A stretch of DNA of 64,000 nucleotides from the NCBI RefSeq assembly GCF_050920415.1, contig NZ_CP169309.1. One strand, written 5' to 3'. The stretch comes from Escherichia coli. Its GTDB lineage: Bacteria > Pseudomonadota > Gammaproteobacteria > Enterobacterales > Enterobacteriaceae. This document shows, piece after piece, positions 22,319 through 32,134 of this stretch. A program made the position numbers and the translations under genes. Under the pieces are notes generated by a model, which saw only the letters and a list, made by a program, of their open reading frames with translations, was not told the origin of the DNA and did not search any database. Numbering within the stretch: the first letter of the stretch is position 1; each line of letters starts with the position of its first letter.

Positions 22319-24172
22319 ATGAGACGATTTCTGACGACGCTGATGATACTCCTGGTCGTGCTGGTGGCCGGGTTATCTGCGTTAGTGTTGCTGGTGAATC
22401 CGAATGATTTCCGCGACTATATGGTCAAGCAAGTTGCTGCACGTAGCGGTTATCAATTGCAGCTCGACGGGCCACTGCGTTGGCACGTCTGGCCGCAACT
22501 TAGTATCCTCTCCGGGCGAATGTCTCTCACTGCCCAGGGCGCGAGCCAGCCACTGGTTCGCGCAGACAACATGCGTCTGGACGTGGCGCTTTTACCACTG
22601 CTGAGTCATCAACTGAGCGTTAAGCAGGTGATGCTAAAAGGGGCAGTGATCCAACTGACGCCGCAGACGGAAGCGGTACGCAGCGAAGATGCCCCGGTTG
22701 CACCGCGCGACAATACCTTGCCGGATCTGTCAGACGATCGCGGATGGTCGTTTGATATATCCAGTCTTAAGGTGGCGGACAGCGTGCTGGTGTTCCAGCA
22801 TGAAGATGACGAGCAGGTGACAATCCGTAATATCCGCCTGCAAATGGAACAAGATCCCCAACATCGTGGTTCATTTGAGTTCTCCGGGCGGGTTAATCGC
22901 GATCAGCGCGATCTCACGATATCCCTTAACGGTACGGTAGATGCTTCTGATTATCCGCATGATTTAACGGCGGCTATTGAACAAATTAACTGGCAGTTGC
23001 AGGGTGCCGATTTACCAAAACAAGGTATTCAGGGGCAGGGGAGTTTCCAGGCCCAGTGGCAGGAGTCACATAAACGCCTTTCATTTAACCAAATTAGTTT
23101 GACCGCCAATGACAGTACGCTGAGCGGGCAAGCACAGGTCACGCTGACAGAGAAACCGGAATGGCAGCTGAGACTGCAATTCCCGCAACTGAATCTTGAC
23201 AACCTCATCCCGCTTAAAGAAACAGCGAACGGTGAAAACGGTGCCGCGCAGCAGGGGCAGAGCCAATCCACGTTGCCGCGCCCGGTCATTTCTTCGCGTA
23301 TTGATGAACCGGCCTATCAGGGATTGCAAGGCTTTACGGCTGATATTTTGTTGCAGGCCAGTAACGTGCGCTGGCGCGGAATGAATTTTACAGACGTTGC
23401 CACGCAAATGACCAACAAGTCGGGTTTGCTGGAAATTACTCAACTGCAGGGCAAGCTTAACGGTGGACAGGTTTCGCTGCCGGGCACGCTGGACGCGACA
23501 TCAATAAGTCCGCGGATAATCTTCCAGCCACGGCTGGAAAACGTTGAGATTGGCACCATTCTGAAGGCGTTTAACTATCCGATTTCGTTGACCGGAAAGA
23601 TGTCACTTGCGGGTGATTTCTCCGGTGCTGACATAGATGCCGACGCATTCCGCAACAACTGGCAAGGGCAGGCGCATGTTGAGATGACCGACACACGCAT
23701 GGAAGGGATGAACTTCCAGCAGATGATTCAGCAAGCGGTAGAGCGTAATGGTGGTGATGTGAAGGCCGCTGAAAACTTCGATAACGTGACGCGTCTTGAC
23801 CGCTTTACCACCGATTTGACGTTGAAGGATGGCGTCGTGACGTTAAACGACATGCAAGGTCAATCGCCTGTGCTGGCGCTGACAGGGGAAGGCATGTTGA
23901 ATTTGGCAGATCAAACCTGCGACACCCAGTTTGATATTCGGGTCGTGGGTGGCTGGAACGGGGAAAGCAAACTGATTGATTTCCTCAAAGAAACGCCAGT
24001 ACCGCTGCGGGTTTATGGCAACTGGCAGCAACTTAATTACAGCCTGCAAGTGGACCAGCTGCTACGCAAACATCTACAGGACGAAGCGAAACGTCGCCTG
24101 AATGACTGGGCCGAGCGGAATAAAGATTCCCGCAATGGCAAAGATGTGAAGAAGTTGCTGGAGAAGATGTAA
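22319..24172 (+). CDS. asmA: Outer-membrane assembly protein AsmA
   Basis: 617 aa with an N-terminal anchor helix (MRRFLTTLMILLVVLVAGLSALVLLV); conserved position. Confidence 0.85.
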   Translation: MRRFLTTLMILLVVLVAGLSALVLLVNPNDFRDYMVKQVAARSGYQLQLDGPLRWHVWPQLSILSGRMSLTAQGASQPLVRADNMRLDVALLPLLSHQLSVKQVMLKGAVIQLTPQTEAVRSEDAPVAPRDNTLPDLSDDRGWSFDISSLKVADSVLVFQHEDDEQVTIRNIRLQMEQDPQHRGSFEFSGRVNRDQRDLTISLNGTVDASDYPHDLTAAIEQINWQLQGADLPKQGIQGQGSFQAQWQESHKRLSFNQISLTANDSTLSGQAQVTLTEKPEWQLRLQFPQLNLDNLIPLKETANGENGAAQQGQSQSTLPRPVISSRIDEPAYQGLQGFTADILLQASNVRWRGMNFTDVATQMTNKSGLLEITQLQGKLNGGQVSLPGTLDATSISPRIIFQPRLENVEIGTILKAFNYPISLTGKMSLAGDFSGADIDADAFRNNWQGQAHVEMTDTRMEGMNFQQMIQQAVERNGGDVKAAENFDNVTRLDRFTTDLTLKDGVVTLNDMQGQSPVLALTGEGMLNLADQTCDTQFDIRVVGGWNGESKLIDFLKETPVPLRVYGNWQQLNYSLQVDQLLRKHLQDEAKRRLNDWAERNKDSRNGKDVKKLLEKM

Positions 24173-24193
24173 GTCATCCAGATGACATATGCT

Positions 24194-24231
24194 GTAGGCC
24201 TGATAAGACGCGTAAGCGTCGCATCAGGCAA
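24194..24231. repeat. REP element (left flank of asmA-yegH intergenic insert)
   Basis: aggcctgataagacgcgtaagcgtcgcatcaggca. Confidence 0.7.
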
Positions 24232-24588
24232 TCACGTAGATTACTTTCAGCAAAGATGAATCATCTGTATAAGTAAGATACTTCAGCGAGGGTGTTGGTC
24301 CGGCTGTAAATCGCCGAATCGTTTCCTGTAGGCCGGGGCAGCCCACATGGATGTGGGCTGAGGGCGCGTTTTACAGGGATGTTACCTCGCGCCCGTACCC
24401 GATAGCCGAAAGGAATAAGATGAGGGGACCGCGCTAGCGGCGATTTACCGCCGGGAGCCCGGGTTGCCAGGGTGGTGGCGATTGAGCCACCCTGGCACGT
24501 TCACCGGCTTGAGCGTTCCAAAGTAGCGAGGAACATAAAGTGAACGGAACAGCCTCTAATGTCACATACTCTCCCGGTTGAATGAAAC
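24232..24588. other. GC-rich structured intergenic segment of unknown nature, bounded by inverted REPs
   Basis: Perfect palindromes cccacatggatgtggg and ccagggtgg...ccaccctgg; no convincing ORF. Confidence 0.4.
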
Positions 24589-24625
24589 GCCTGATGCGAC
24601 GCTTACGCGTCTTATCAGGCCTACA
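24589..24625. repeat. REP element (right flank, inverted orientation)
   Basis: gcctgatgcgacgcttacgcgtcttatcaggcctaca, the inverse of the 24194 REP. Confidence 0.7.
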
Positions 24626-24630
24626 TGCCA

Positions 24631-26214
24631 TCACACCTCATACTCCATTTCGCCATCCTTATGCAGCGGAATAATCTGCACCTTCTGCACGCGATGGCTT
24701 TCCACCTGCAATGTTTTAAGCAAATAATCCCCCACCTGAACTTCTTCGCCAGGTTTTGGAATGCGCTGTAAATATTCCATCAGCAGCCCGGCAATGGTGT
24801 GATATTCACGTTTCTCATCCAGCGGCAGTGGTACATATTGCACCAGATCTTCCAGCGGCATATGACCATTCGCTGTCCAGGAACCGTCGGCATTTTTCTG
24901 AATATCATGACGGGCATCGATCTCTTCCACTTCGTTTGGCAAGTTACCAGCAATGGTTTCAGTGACGTCACTTAATGTCACAATCCCTTCCACCGAGCCA
25001 AACTCATCCACCACAAAAGCAAAGTGCGTGCGGGCATTACGGAACTGCTCCAGGGCAGGTAACAACGGTAAAGTTTCCGGGAACACCAGCGGCTGGCGAA
25101 TCAACACCCGCAGGTTGAGCGGTTCGCCACGCAGTGACTGTTGTAGCAGGTCGATAACGTGAACAACACCGAGCAAATCTTCTGCGTCATCGCCGTCGGT
25201 AACGACCAGACGCGTATGCTGATTTCGCTCCAGCAACTGGCGGATTTCTTCTTCCGGCGCGTTGAGATCGATATGCTCAATATCGTGGCGCGACGTCATA
25301 ATGCTGCTGACGGTACGCTGGTTAAGATTAAGTACCCGCTCAATCATCCGCCGTTCCTGCGGATTAAAGATCTGCTGGTTACCATAATCCACCAGCATGG
25401 ACGCGGTTTCGGCATCCAGTTCCGCATCTTCTTTTTGCCCGCTTAACAAGCGCATTACCGCTTCGGTAGTTCGCTGGCGCAGCGTCTGGTTAGCGGAGAG
25501 AAAACGTCGCCGGTTAAAGATGGCAAGTTGATTGAGCGCCTCGATCATTACCGAGAAACCAATGGCAGCATACAGATAGCCTTTCGGAATGACGAAGCCG
25601 AAACCTTCCGCCACCAGGCTAAAGCCAATCATCAACAGGAAACTTAGGCAGAGTATGACGATGGTCGGGTGACTGTTAACAAATTGCGTTAACGGCTTGC
25701 TGGCCATCAGCATCAGGCTGATCGCGATAACCACGGCGGCCATCATGACCAGTAAATGGTCGACCATCCCGACGGCAGTAATCACCGAGTCAAGTGAGAA
25801 GATGGCGTCCAGCACCACAATTTGCGTCACCACGCCCCAGAACTTCGCACCTTTGCGTTGCGTGGGGTTATTGCTGTCTTTCCCCTCCAGCCGTTCGTTC
25901 AACTCCATCGTGGCTTTGAACAGCAGGAAGAAACCACCAAACAGCATGATTAAGTCGCGGGCGCTAAAGGTAAACGAGCGGAAGCTGAACAGTGGTTGGG
26001 TCAGGGTGACCAGCCAGGAGATTGACGCCAGCAGTAACAGGCGCATTAACATTGCCAGCAGCAGCCCGGTAATCCGTGCGCGGTCGCGCTGCTTCGGCGG
26101 TAGTTTTTCGGCGAGGATGGCAATAAAGACCAGGTTATCAATGCCGAGGACCAGTTCGATCACAATCAGCGTGATTAACCCGGCCCAGATAGACGGATCG
26201 GCAATCCATTCCAT
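24631..26214 (-). CDS. yegH: TerC-family membrane protein with CBS and CorC/HlyC-type transporter-associated domains (YegH)
   Basis: ORF track frame is 549 aa; the likely start is complement(26212..26214) giving [18 protein letters not shown]... (~527 aa). Confidence 0.85.
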   Translation of the reverse strand: MEWIADPSIWAGLITLIVIELVLGIDNLVFIAILAEKLPPKQRDRARITGLLLAMLMRLLLLASISWLVTLTQPLFSFRSFTFSARDLIMLFGGFFLLFKATMELNERLEGKDSNNPTQRKGAKFWGVVTQIVVLDAIFSLDSVITAVGMVDHLLVMMAAVVIAISLMLMASKPLTQFVNSHPTIVILCLSFLLMIGFSLVAEGFGFVIPKGYLYAAIGFSVMIEALNQLAIFNRRRFLSANQTLRQRTTEAVMRLLSGQKEDAELDAETASMLVDYGNQQIFNPQERRMIERVLNLNQRTVSSIMTSRHDIEHIDLNAPEEEIRQLLERNQHTRLVVTDGDDAEDLLGVVHVIDLLQQSLRGEPLNLRVLIRQPLVFPETLPLLPALEQFRNARTHFAFVVDEFGSVEGIVTLSDVTETIAGNLPNEVEEIDARHDIQKNADGSWTANGHMPLEDLVQYVPLPLDEKREYHTIAGLLMEYLQRIPKPGEEVQVGDYLLKTLQVESHRVQKVQIIPLHKDGEMEYEV

Positions 26215-26420
26215 AGTAAGTACAAAACCTATTCGTTGTATGACAAATGTCACAATTCGATCATGGATAAATCGGGGCAAAAATGCAATGTTGCAGCACT
26301 ATTTATCTCATATAATTTGAGGGTTATAACCTCACATTATCCCTGAATTAAAAGTGGCAATAATAAAACATTATTTAAGAAATATCGCATATGGAGACAC
26401 TATATTAATTATTGTCAACC

Positions 26421-26434
26421 TAAAGAAATTCCTA
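26421..26434 (+). promoter_or_regulatory. Candidate RcsAB box upstream of the colanic acid operon
   Basis: taaagaaattccta is ~11/14 matches to my recalled RcsAB consensus TaAGaatatTCctA, ~450 bp upstream of wza. Confidence 0.35.
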
Positions 26435-26655
26435 AAAAACATATTGATTGACACTTAATATAATTCTTAAAAATAGCCAATTGCCGAATTGTTACCTTGC
26501 CTGCTATTCCGTTAGCTGTAACACTTCCTCCTGCATTATTGGAAGCCAATATTCAATTACCATAATGCCACCTTATATCTGGAAAATTAATTCACGGAAT
26601 AACGCTTTTTCATAATCAACTGCATGATGAAAGAGTTAGAAAATCTAAACTAAAT

Positions 26656-26694
26656 CAGTGTATTGGTAGCTAAAAAGCCAGGGGCGGTAGCGTG
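26656..26694 (+). promoter_or_regulatory. JUMPstart element with ops (GGCGGTAGCGTG) in the wza leader; RfaH recruitment site
   Basis: cagtgtattggtagctaaaaagccaggggcggtagcgtg; ops at 26683..26694. Confidence 0.75.
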
Positions 26695-26872
26695 TCTGGA
26701 CGCCTGAAAGACCAGTCTGAATTATTCTGTCAATAGCCTGCGGATGAAATCAATTTTTTTAGGACTGATGCCAGTTAAATTTTTATTCAATTAACTGCAA
26801 GGTAAATGTGCATGGCGACATTGCTATTAATAGTGCACAGGATAATTACTCTGCCAAAGTGATAAATAAACA

Positions 26873-28012
26873 ATGATGAAATCCAAAATGAAATTGATGC
26901 CATTATTGGTGTCAGTAACCTTGATAAGCGGTTGCACAGTACTTCCGGGCAGCAATATGTCGACGATGGGTAAAGACGTCATCAAACAGCAGGATGCTGA
27001 TTTCGATCTCGACAAAATGGTGAATGTTTATCCGCTGACCCCGCGCCTGATTGATCAATTACGCCCACGCCCGAACGTCGCGCGCCCCAATATGACGCTG
27101 GAAAGCGAGATTGCCAATTATCAATATCGTGTCGGGCCGGGCGACGTTCTTAATGTCACCGTCTGGGATCACCCGGAACTCACCACGCCAGCTGGTCAGT
27201 ACCGCAGCTCCAGCGACACCGGCAACTGGGTACAGCCTGACGGCACTATGTTCTACCCGTATATCGGCAAGGTTCACGTGGTGGGGAAAACGCTCGCTGA
27301 AATCCGCAGTGATATTACCGGGCGCTTAGCGACGTACATCGCTGACCCACAGGTGGACGTTAATATCGCCGCCTTCCGCTCGCAAAAGGCCTATATCTCC
27401 GGTCAGGTGAATAAATCCGGTCAACAGGCGATCACCAACGTACCATTGACCATTCTCGACGCCATTAACGCCGCAGGTGGCCTGACCGATACCGCTGACT
27501 GGCGCAACGTGGTGCTAACACACAATGGTCGTGAAGAACGCATTTCTTTGCAGGCGCTGATGCAAAACGGTGACCTCAATCAGAATCGACTGCTTTACCC
27601 CGGCGATATCCTCTACGTGCCGCGTAATGATGATCTGAAAGTGTTTGTGATGGGTGAAGTGAAGAAACAGAGCACCCTGAAAATGGACTTTAGCGGCATG
27701 ACCTTGACTGAAGCCCTGGGCAATGCCGAAGGTATCGACATGACCACCTCCAACGCCAGCGGCATCTTTGTCATTCGTCCGCTGAAAGGCGAGGGTGGGC
27801 GAAACGGCAAGATCGCCAATATCTACCAACTGGATATGTCCGATGCCACGTCGCTGGTGATGGCGACAGAATTCCGCCTGCAGCCTTATGACGTGGTGTA
27901 TGTCACCACCGCCCCGGTTTCCCGCTGGAACCGTCTGATCAATCAGTTGCTGCCAACTATTAGCGGTGTCCGTTACATGACGGATACAGCCAGCGACATT
28001 CATAACTGGTAA
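26873..28012 (+). CDS. wza: Outer-membrane polysaccharide export lipoprotein Wza
   Basis: 379 aa, lipobox-like LISGC near the N-terminus; first gene of the colanic acid cluster. Confidence 0.92.
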   Translation: MMKSKMKLMPLLVSVTLISGCTVLPGSNMSTMGKDVIKQQDADFDLDKMVNVYPLTPRLIDQLRPRPNVARPNMTLESEIANYQYRVGPGDVLNVTVWDHPELTTPAGQYRSSSDTGNWVQPDGTMFYPYIGKVHVVGKTLAEIRSDITGRLATYIADPQVDVNIAAFRSQKAYISGQVNKSGQQAITNVPLTILDAINAAGGLTDTADWRNVVLTHNGREERISLQALMQNGDLNQNRLLYPGDILYVPRNDDLKVFVMGEVKKQSTLKMDFSGMTLTEALGNAEGIDMTTSNASGIFVIRPLKGEGGRNGKIANIYQLDMSDATSLVMATEFRLQPYDVVYVTTAPVSRWNRLINQLLPTISGVRYMTDTASDIHNW

Positions 28013-28017
28013 TCGTC

Positions 28018-28461
28018 ATGTTTAACAACATCTTAGTTGTCTGTGTCGGCAATATTTGCCGTTCCCCGACGGCGGAACGCTTACTGCAACGTTATCACCC
28101 TGAGCTGAAAGTAGAATCCGCTGGTCTCGGCGCACTGGTCGGTAAAGGGGCTGATCCTACTGCCATCAGTGTTGCTGCAGAACATCAACTGTCTCTGGAA
28201 GGTCACTGTGCCCGTCAAATCAGCCGCAGCCTGTGTCGCAACTACGACCTGATTTTGACCATGGAAAAGCGCCATATCGAACGCTTATGCGAGATGGCAC
28301 CTGAGATGCGCGGCAAAGTGATGCTGTTTGGTCACTGGGATAACGAATGTGAAATCCCCGATCCGTATCGCAAAAGCCGGGAAACGTTTGCAGCGGTGTA
28401 CACATTACTTGAACGGTCTGCCCGCCAGTGGGCGCAGGCATTGAACGCAGAGCAGGTATAA
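28018..28461 (+). CDS. wzb: Low-molecular-weight protein-tyrosine phosphatase Wzb
   Basis: 147 aa; N-terminal CVGNICRSP (CX5R P-loop). Confidence 0.92.
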   Translation: MFNNILVVCVGNICRSPTAERLLQRYHPELKVESAGLGALVGKGADPTAISVAAEHQLSLEGHCARQISRSLCRNYDLILTMEKRHIERLCEMAPEMRGKVMLFGHWDNECEIPDPYRKSRETFAAVYTLLERSARQWAQALNAEQV

Positions 28462-28463
28462 CA

Positions 28464-30626
28464 ATGACAGAAAAAGTAAAACAACATGCCGCTCCGGTAA
28501 CGGGCAGTGATGAAATCGATATTGGTCGCTTGGTCGGCACCGTCATTGAAGCGCGCTGGTGGGTAATTGGCATCACCGCCGTATTCGCCCTCTGTGCTGT
28601 GGTTTACACCTTCTTCGCTACGCCGATATACAGCGCCGACGCACTGGTACAAATCGAGCAAAGCAGCGGCAATTCGTTAGTGCAGGATATCGGCTCGGCA
28701 TTAGCCAACAAACCGCCAGCATCGGACGCCGAGATCCAGTTGATTCGCTCGCGTCTGGTGCTTGGTAAAACGGTGGACGATCTTGACCTCGATATTGCGG
28801 TGAGCAAAAACACGTTCCCCATTTTCGGTGCGGGCTGGGATCGCCTGATGGGACGTCAGAACGAGACAGTAAAAGTGACCACCTTTAACCGTCCAAAAGA
28901 GATGGTGGATCAGGTGTTTACGCTTAATGTGCTGGACAACAAAAATTACACTTTGAGCAGCGACGGTGGCTTTAGCGCTCGTGGGCAAGCGGGCCAGATG
29001 CTGAAAAAAGAAGGCGTCACACTGATGGTTGAAGCCATTCACGCCAGCCCGGGCAGTGAGTTTACCGTCACCAAATACTCCACGCTGGGGATGATCAACC
29101 AACTGCAAAACAGCCTGACGGTAACGGAGAACGGCAAAGACGCTGGCGTACTGAGCCTGACTTATACCGGTGAAGATCGCGAACAGATCCGCGACATTCT
29201 TAACAGTATCGCCCGTAACTATCAGGAACAAAATATTGAGCGCAAATCGGCGGAAGCGTCGAAAAGCCTCGCCTTCCTCGCGCAACAGTTACCAGAAGTA
29301 CGCAGCCGCCTTGATGTTGCTGAAAACAAACTGAATGCCTTCCGTCAGGATAAAGATTCTGTTGATCTGCCGCTGGAAGCGAAAGCGGTGCTCGATTCGA
29401 TGGTGAACATCGACGCGCAGTTGAACGAACTGACCTTTAAAGAGGCGGAAATCTCCAAGCTGTACACCAAAGTTCACCCGGCGTACCGCACGCTGCTGGA
29501 GAAACGTCAGGCGCTGGAAGAAGAGAAAGCCAAACTTAACGGTCGCGTAACGGCGATGCCGAAAACCCAGCAGGAAATTGTCCGTCTGACCCGCGATGTC
29601 GAGTCTGGTCAACAGGTCTATATGCAACTGCTGAATAAAGAGCAGGAGCTGAAAATCACCGAAGCCAGCACCGTCGGCGATGTGCGCATTGTTGACCCGG
29701 CAATCACCCAGCCTGGCGTGCTGAAACCGAAGAAAGGGCTGATTATCCTCGGCGCGATTATCCTTGGCCTGATGCTCTCTATCGTGGGTGTGCTGCTGCG
29801 CTCGTTGTTTAATCGCGGCATCGAAAGCCCGCAGGTGCTGGAAGAACACGGCATCAGCGTCTATGCCAGCATCCCGCTGTCGGAATGGCAAAAAGCGCGC
29901 GATAGCGTCAAAACCATCAAAGGGGTTAAACGCTATAAACAGAGCCAGCTACTGGCGGTGGGGAATCCAACCGATCTGGCGATTGAAGCCATCCGTAGTC
30001 TGCGTACCAGTTTGCACTTCGCGATGATGCAGGCACAGAACAATGTGTTGATGATGACCGGGGTTAGCCCGTCAATCGGTAAAACCTTTGTCTGCGCCAA
30101 CCTGGCGGCGGTCATTAGCCAGACCAATAAACGGGTGTTGTTGATCGACTGTGATATGCGCAAAGGCTACACCCACGAGCTGTTGGGCACCAATAACGTC
30201 AATGGCCTGTCGGAAATTCTGATTGGTCAGGGCGATATTACTACCGCTGCTAAACCGACCTCTATTGCCAAATTTGACCTGATCCCGCGCGGTGAGGTGC
30301 CGCCAAATCCTTCCGAACTGTTGATGAGCGAACGCTTTGCGGAACTGGTGAGCTGGGCGAGTAAAAACTATGACCTGGTGTTGATTGATACGCCGCCGAT
30401 TCTGGCAGTGACCGATGCCGCGATTGTCGGGCGGCATGTCGGAACCACGTTGATGGTGGCGCGTTATGCGGTCAACACCTTGAAAGAAGTGGAAACCAGT
30501 CTGAGCCGCTTTGAGCAAAACGGTATTCCGGTGAAAGGGGTGATTCTGAACTCTATCTTCCGCCGCGCCAGCGCGTATCAGGATTATGGCTATTACGAAT
30601 ACGAATATAAGTCGGACGCGAAATAA
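28464..30626 (+). CDS. wzc: Tyrosine autokinase / polysaccharide co-polymerase Wzc
   Basis: ORF track frame starts at 28428; the likely start is ATG at 28464 (MTEKVKQHAAP...), 720 aa; Walker A GVSPSIGKT; C-terminal tyrosine cluster YQDYGYYEYEY. Confidence 0.92.
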   Translation: MTEKVKQHAAPVTGSDEIDIGRLVGTVIEARWWVIGITAVFALCAVVYTFFATPIYSADALVQIEQSSGNSLVQDIGSALANKPPASDAEIQLIRSRLVLGKTVDDLDLDIAVSKNTFPIFGAGWDRLMGRQNETVKVTTFNRPKEMVDQVFTLNVLDNKNYTLSSDGGFSARGQAGQMLKKEGVTLMVEAIHASPGSEFTVTKYSTLGMINQLQNSLTVTENGKDAGVLSLTYTGEDREQIRDILNSIARNYQEQNIERKSAEASKSLAFLAQQLPEVRSRLDVAENKLNAFRQDKDSVDLPLEAKAVLDSMVNIDAQLNELTFKEAEISKLYTKVHPAYRTLLEKRQALEEEKAKLNGRVTAMPKTQQEIVRLTRDVESGQQVYMQLLNKEQELKITEASTVGDVRIVDPAITQPGVLKPKKGLIILGAIILGLMLSIVGVLLRSLFNRGIESPQVLEEHGISVYASIPLSEWQKARDSVKTIKGVKRYKQSQLLAVGNPTDLAIEAIRSLRTSLHFAMMQAQNNVLMMTGVSPSIGKTFVCANLAAVISQTNKRVLLIDCDMRKGYTHELLGTNNVNGLSEILIGQGDITTAAKPTSIAKFDLIPRGEVPPNPSELLMSERFAELVSWASKNYDLVLIDTPPILAVTDAAIVGRHVGTTLMVARYAVNTLKEVETSLSRFEQNGIPVKGVILNSIFRRASAYQDYGYYEYEYKSDAK

Positions 30627-30635
30627 CGAGATCCG

Positions 30636-30745
30636 CTGTCGGATGCGATGCTGACGCATCTTATCCGACCTACGTTCACGCCGCATCAGGCAAGCAAACC
30701 CGCTCCGTAGGCCGGATAAGGCGTTCACGCCGCATCCGGCAACAG
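30636..30745. repeat. BIME (several REP palindromes) between wzc and wcaA
   Basis: gtcggatgcgatgctgacgcatcttatccgacctacg ... cgtaggccggataaggcgttcacgccgcatccggc. Confidence 0.7.
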
Positions 30746-30803
30746 AACCTGTAAACCAGCTTATAAACCGGCAGAACATCTCGATACTCCGGGAGAACAA
30801 CCT

Positions 30804-31643
30804 ATGAAAGACAATCCGCTGATCTCAATCTATATGCCGACCTGGAACCGCCAACAACTGGCGATTCGGGCGATAAAATCGGTCCTGCGCCAGGACTACA
30901 GCAACTGGGAGATGATTATCGTGGATGATTGCTCCACCTCCTGGGAACAGTTGCAACAGTACGTCACCGCCCTCAACGACTCGCGCATTACGTACATTCA
31001 CAACGACATTAACAGCGGGGCGTGCGCGGTACGTAACCAGGCGATTATGCTGGCGCAAGGGGAATACATCACCGGGATCGATGACGATGATGAATGGACA
31101 CCCAACCGCCTGAGCGTCTTCCTCGCCCATAAACAGCAACTGGTCACACATGCGTTCTTGTACGCCAACGACTACGTTTGCCAGGGCGAAGTTTATTCCC
31201 AACCGGCAAGCTTGCCGCTGTATCCCAAATCGCCGTATTCACGCCGCCTGTTCTACAAACGCAATATCATTGGCAATCAGGTTTTTACCTGGGCGTGGCG
31301 TTTCAAAGAGTGTTTGTTCGATACCGAACTGAAAGCGGCACAGGATTACGACATCTTCCTGCGAATGGTGGTGGAGTACGGCGAACCGTGGAAAGTGGAA
31401 GAGGCGACGCAGATCCTGCATATCAATCACGGCGAAATGCAGATCACCTCGTCACCGAAAAAATTCTCCGGGTACTTCCACTTTTATCGTAAGCACAAAG
31501 ACAAATTCGACCGCGCCAGCAAGAAATATCAGTTGTTTACCCTCTACCAGATCCGCAATAAACGCATGACCTGGCGCACCTTGTTGACGCTGCTGTCGGT
31601 GCGTAACGGCAAACGTCTGGCTGATGGAATTCGGGGGCGCTAA
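30804..31643 (+). CDS. wcaA: Colanic acid glycosyltransferase WcaA (GT2)
   Basis: 279 aa; position and family motifs. Confidence 0.88.
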   Translation: MKDNPLISIYMPTWNRQQLAIRAIKSVLRQDYSNWEMIIVDDCSTSWEQLQQYVTALNDSRITYIHNDINSGACAVRNQAIMLAQGEYITGIDDDDEWTPNRLSVFLAHKQQLVTHAFLYANDYVCQGEVYSQPASLPLYPKSPYSRRLFYKRNIIGNQVFTWAWRFKECLFDTELKAAQDYDIFLRMVVEYGEPWKVEEATQILHINHGEMQITSSPKKFSGYFHFYRKHKDKFDRASKKYQLFTLYQIRNKRMTWRTLLTLLSVRNGKRLADGIRGR

Positions 31644-31645
31644 AG

Positions 31646-32134
31646 ATGCTGGAAGATCTGCGCGCCAACAGCTGGAGTTTACGCCCGTGCTGCATGGTTC
31701 TTGCCTATCGCGTTGCTCATTTTTGTTCAGTGTGGCGCAAAAAAAACGTCCTCAACAATCTGTGGGCGGCCCCGCTGCTGGTGCTGTATCGCATTATCAC
31801 CGAATGCTTTTTCGGTTATGAAATCCAGGCCGCCGCGACCATTGGCCGACGCTTTACTATCCATCACGGCTATGCCGTAGTGATCAATAAAAACGTGGTC
31901 GCGGGGGATGATTTCACCATTCGCCACGGCGTCACTATCGGCAATCGTGGTGCCGATAACATGGCATGTCCACACATTGGCAACGGCGTCGAACTTGGTG
32001 CCAACGTCATTATCCTTGGCGATATCACGATTGGTAACAACGTCACCGTGGGGGCGGGCAGCGTGGTGCTCGACGCAATCCCGGACAACGCGCTGGTGGT
32101 GGGAGAAAAAGCGCGAGTGAAGGTAATTAAATGA
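31646..32134 (+). CDS. wcaB: Colanic acid acetyltransferase WcaB (hexapeptide repeat)
   Basis: 162 aa; hexapeptide repeats (IGNRGADN..., IGNNVTVGAGSVV). Confidence 0.88.
   Translation: MLEDLRANSWSLRPCCMVLAYRVAHFCSVWRKKNVLNNLWAAPLLVLYRIITECFFGYEIQAAATIGRRFTIHHGYAVVINKNVVAGDDFTIRHGVTIGNRGADNMACPHIGNGVELGANVIILGDITIGNNVTVGAGSVVLDAIPDNALVVGEKARVKVIK

Noticed and set aside
24434-24634. 66-aa ORF on the minus strand in the asmA-yegH intergenic region.
   Set aside because: It runs through a REP palindrome and the GC-rich hairpin region, and its translation is Arg/Pro-rich; more likely non-coding.
28701-30800. Antisense ORFs within wzc (28701..29285 -, 29289..29891 -, 30072..30800 -) and similar ones within gmd/fcl/wcaI/cpsB/cpsG/wcaJ (36298..37095 -, 38614..39600 -, 40656..41126 -, 41522..42193 -, 43673..44344 -).
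   Set aside because: Shadow frames opposite strongly supported biosynthetic genes; no start-site context or motifs.
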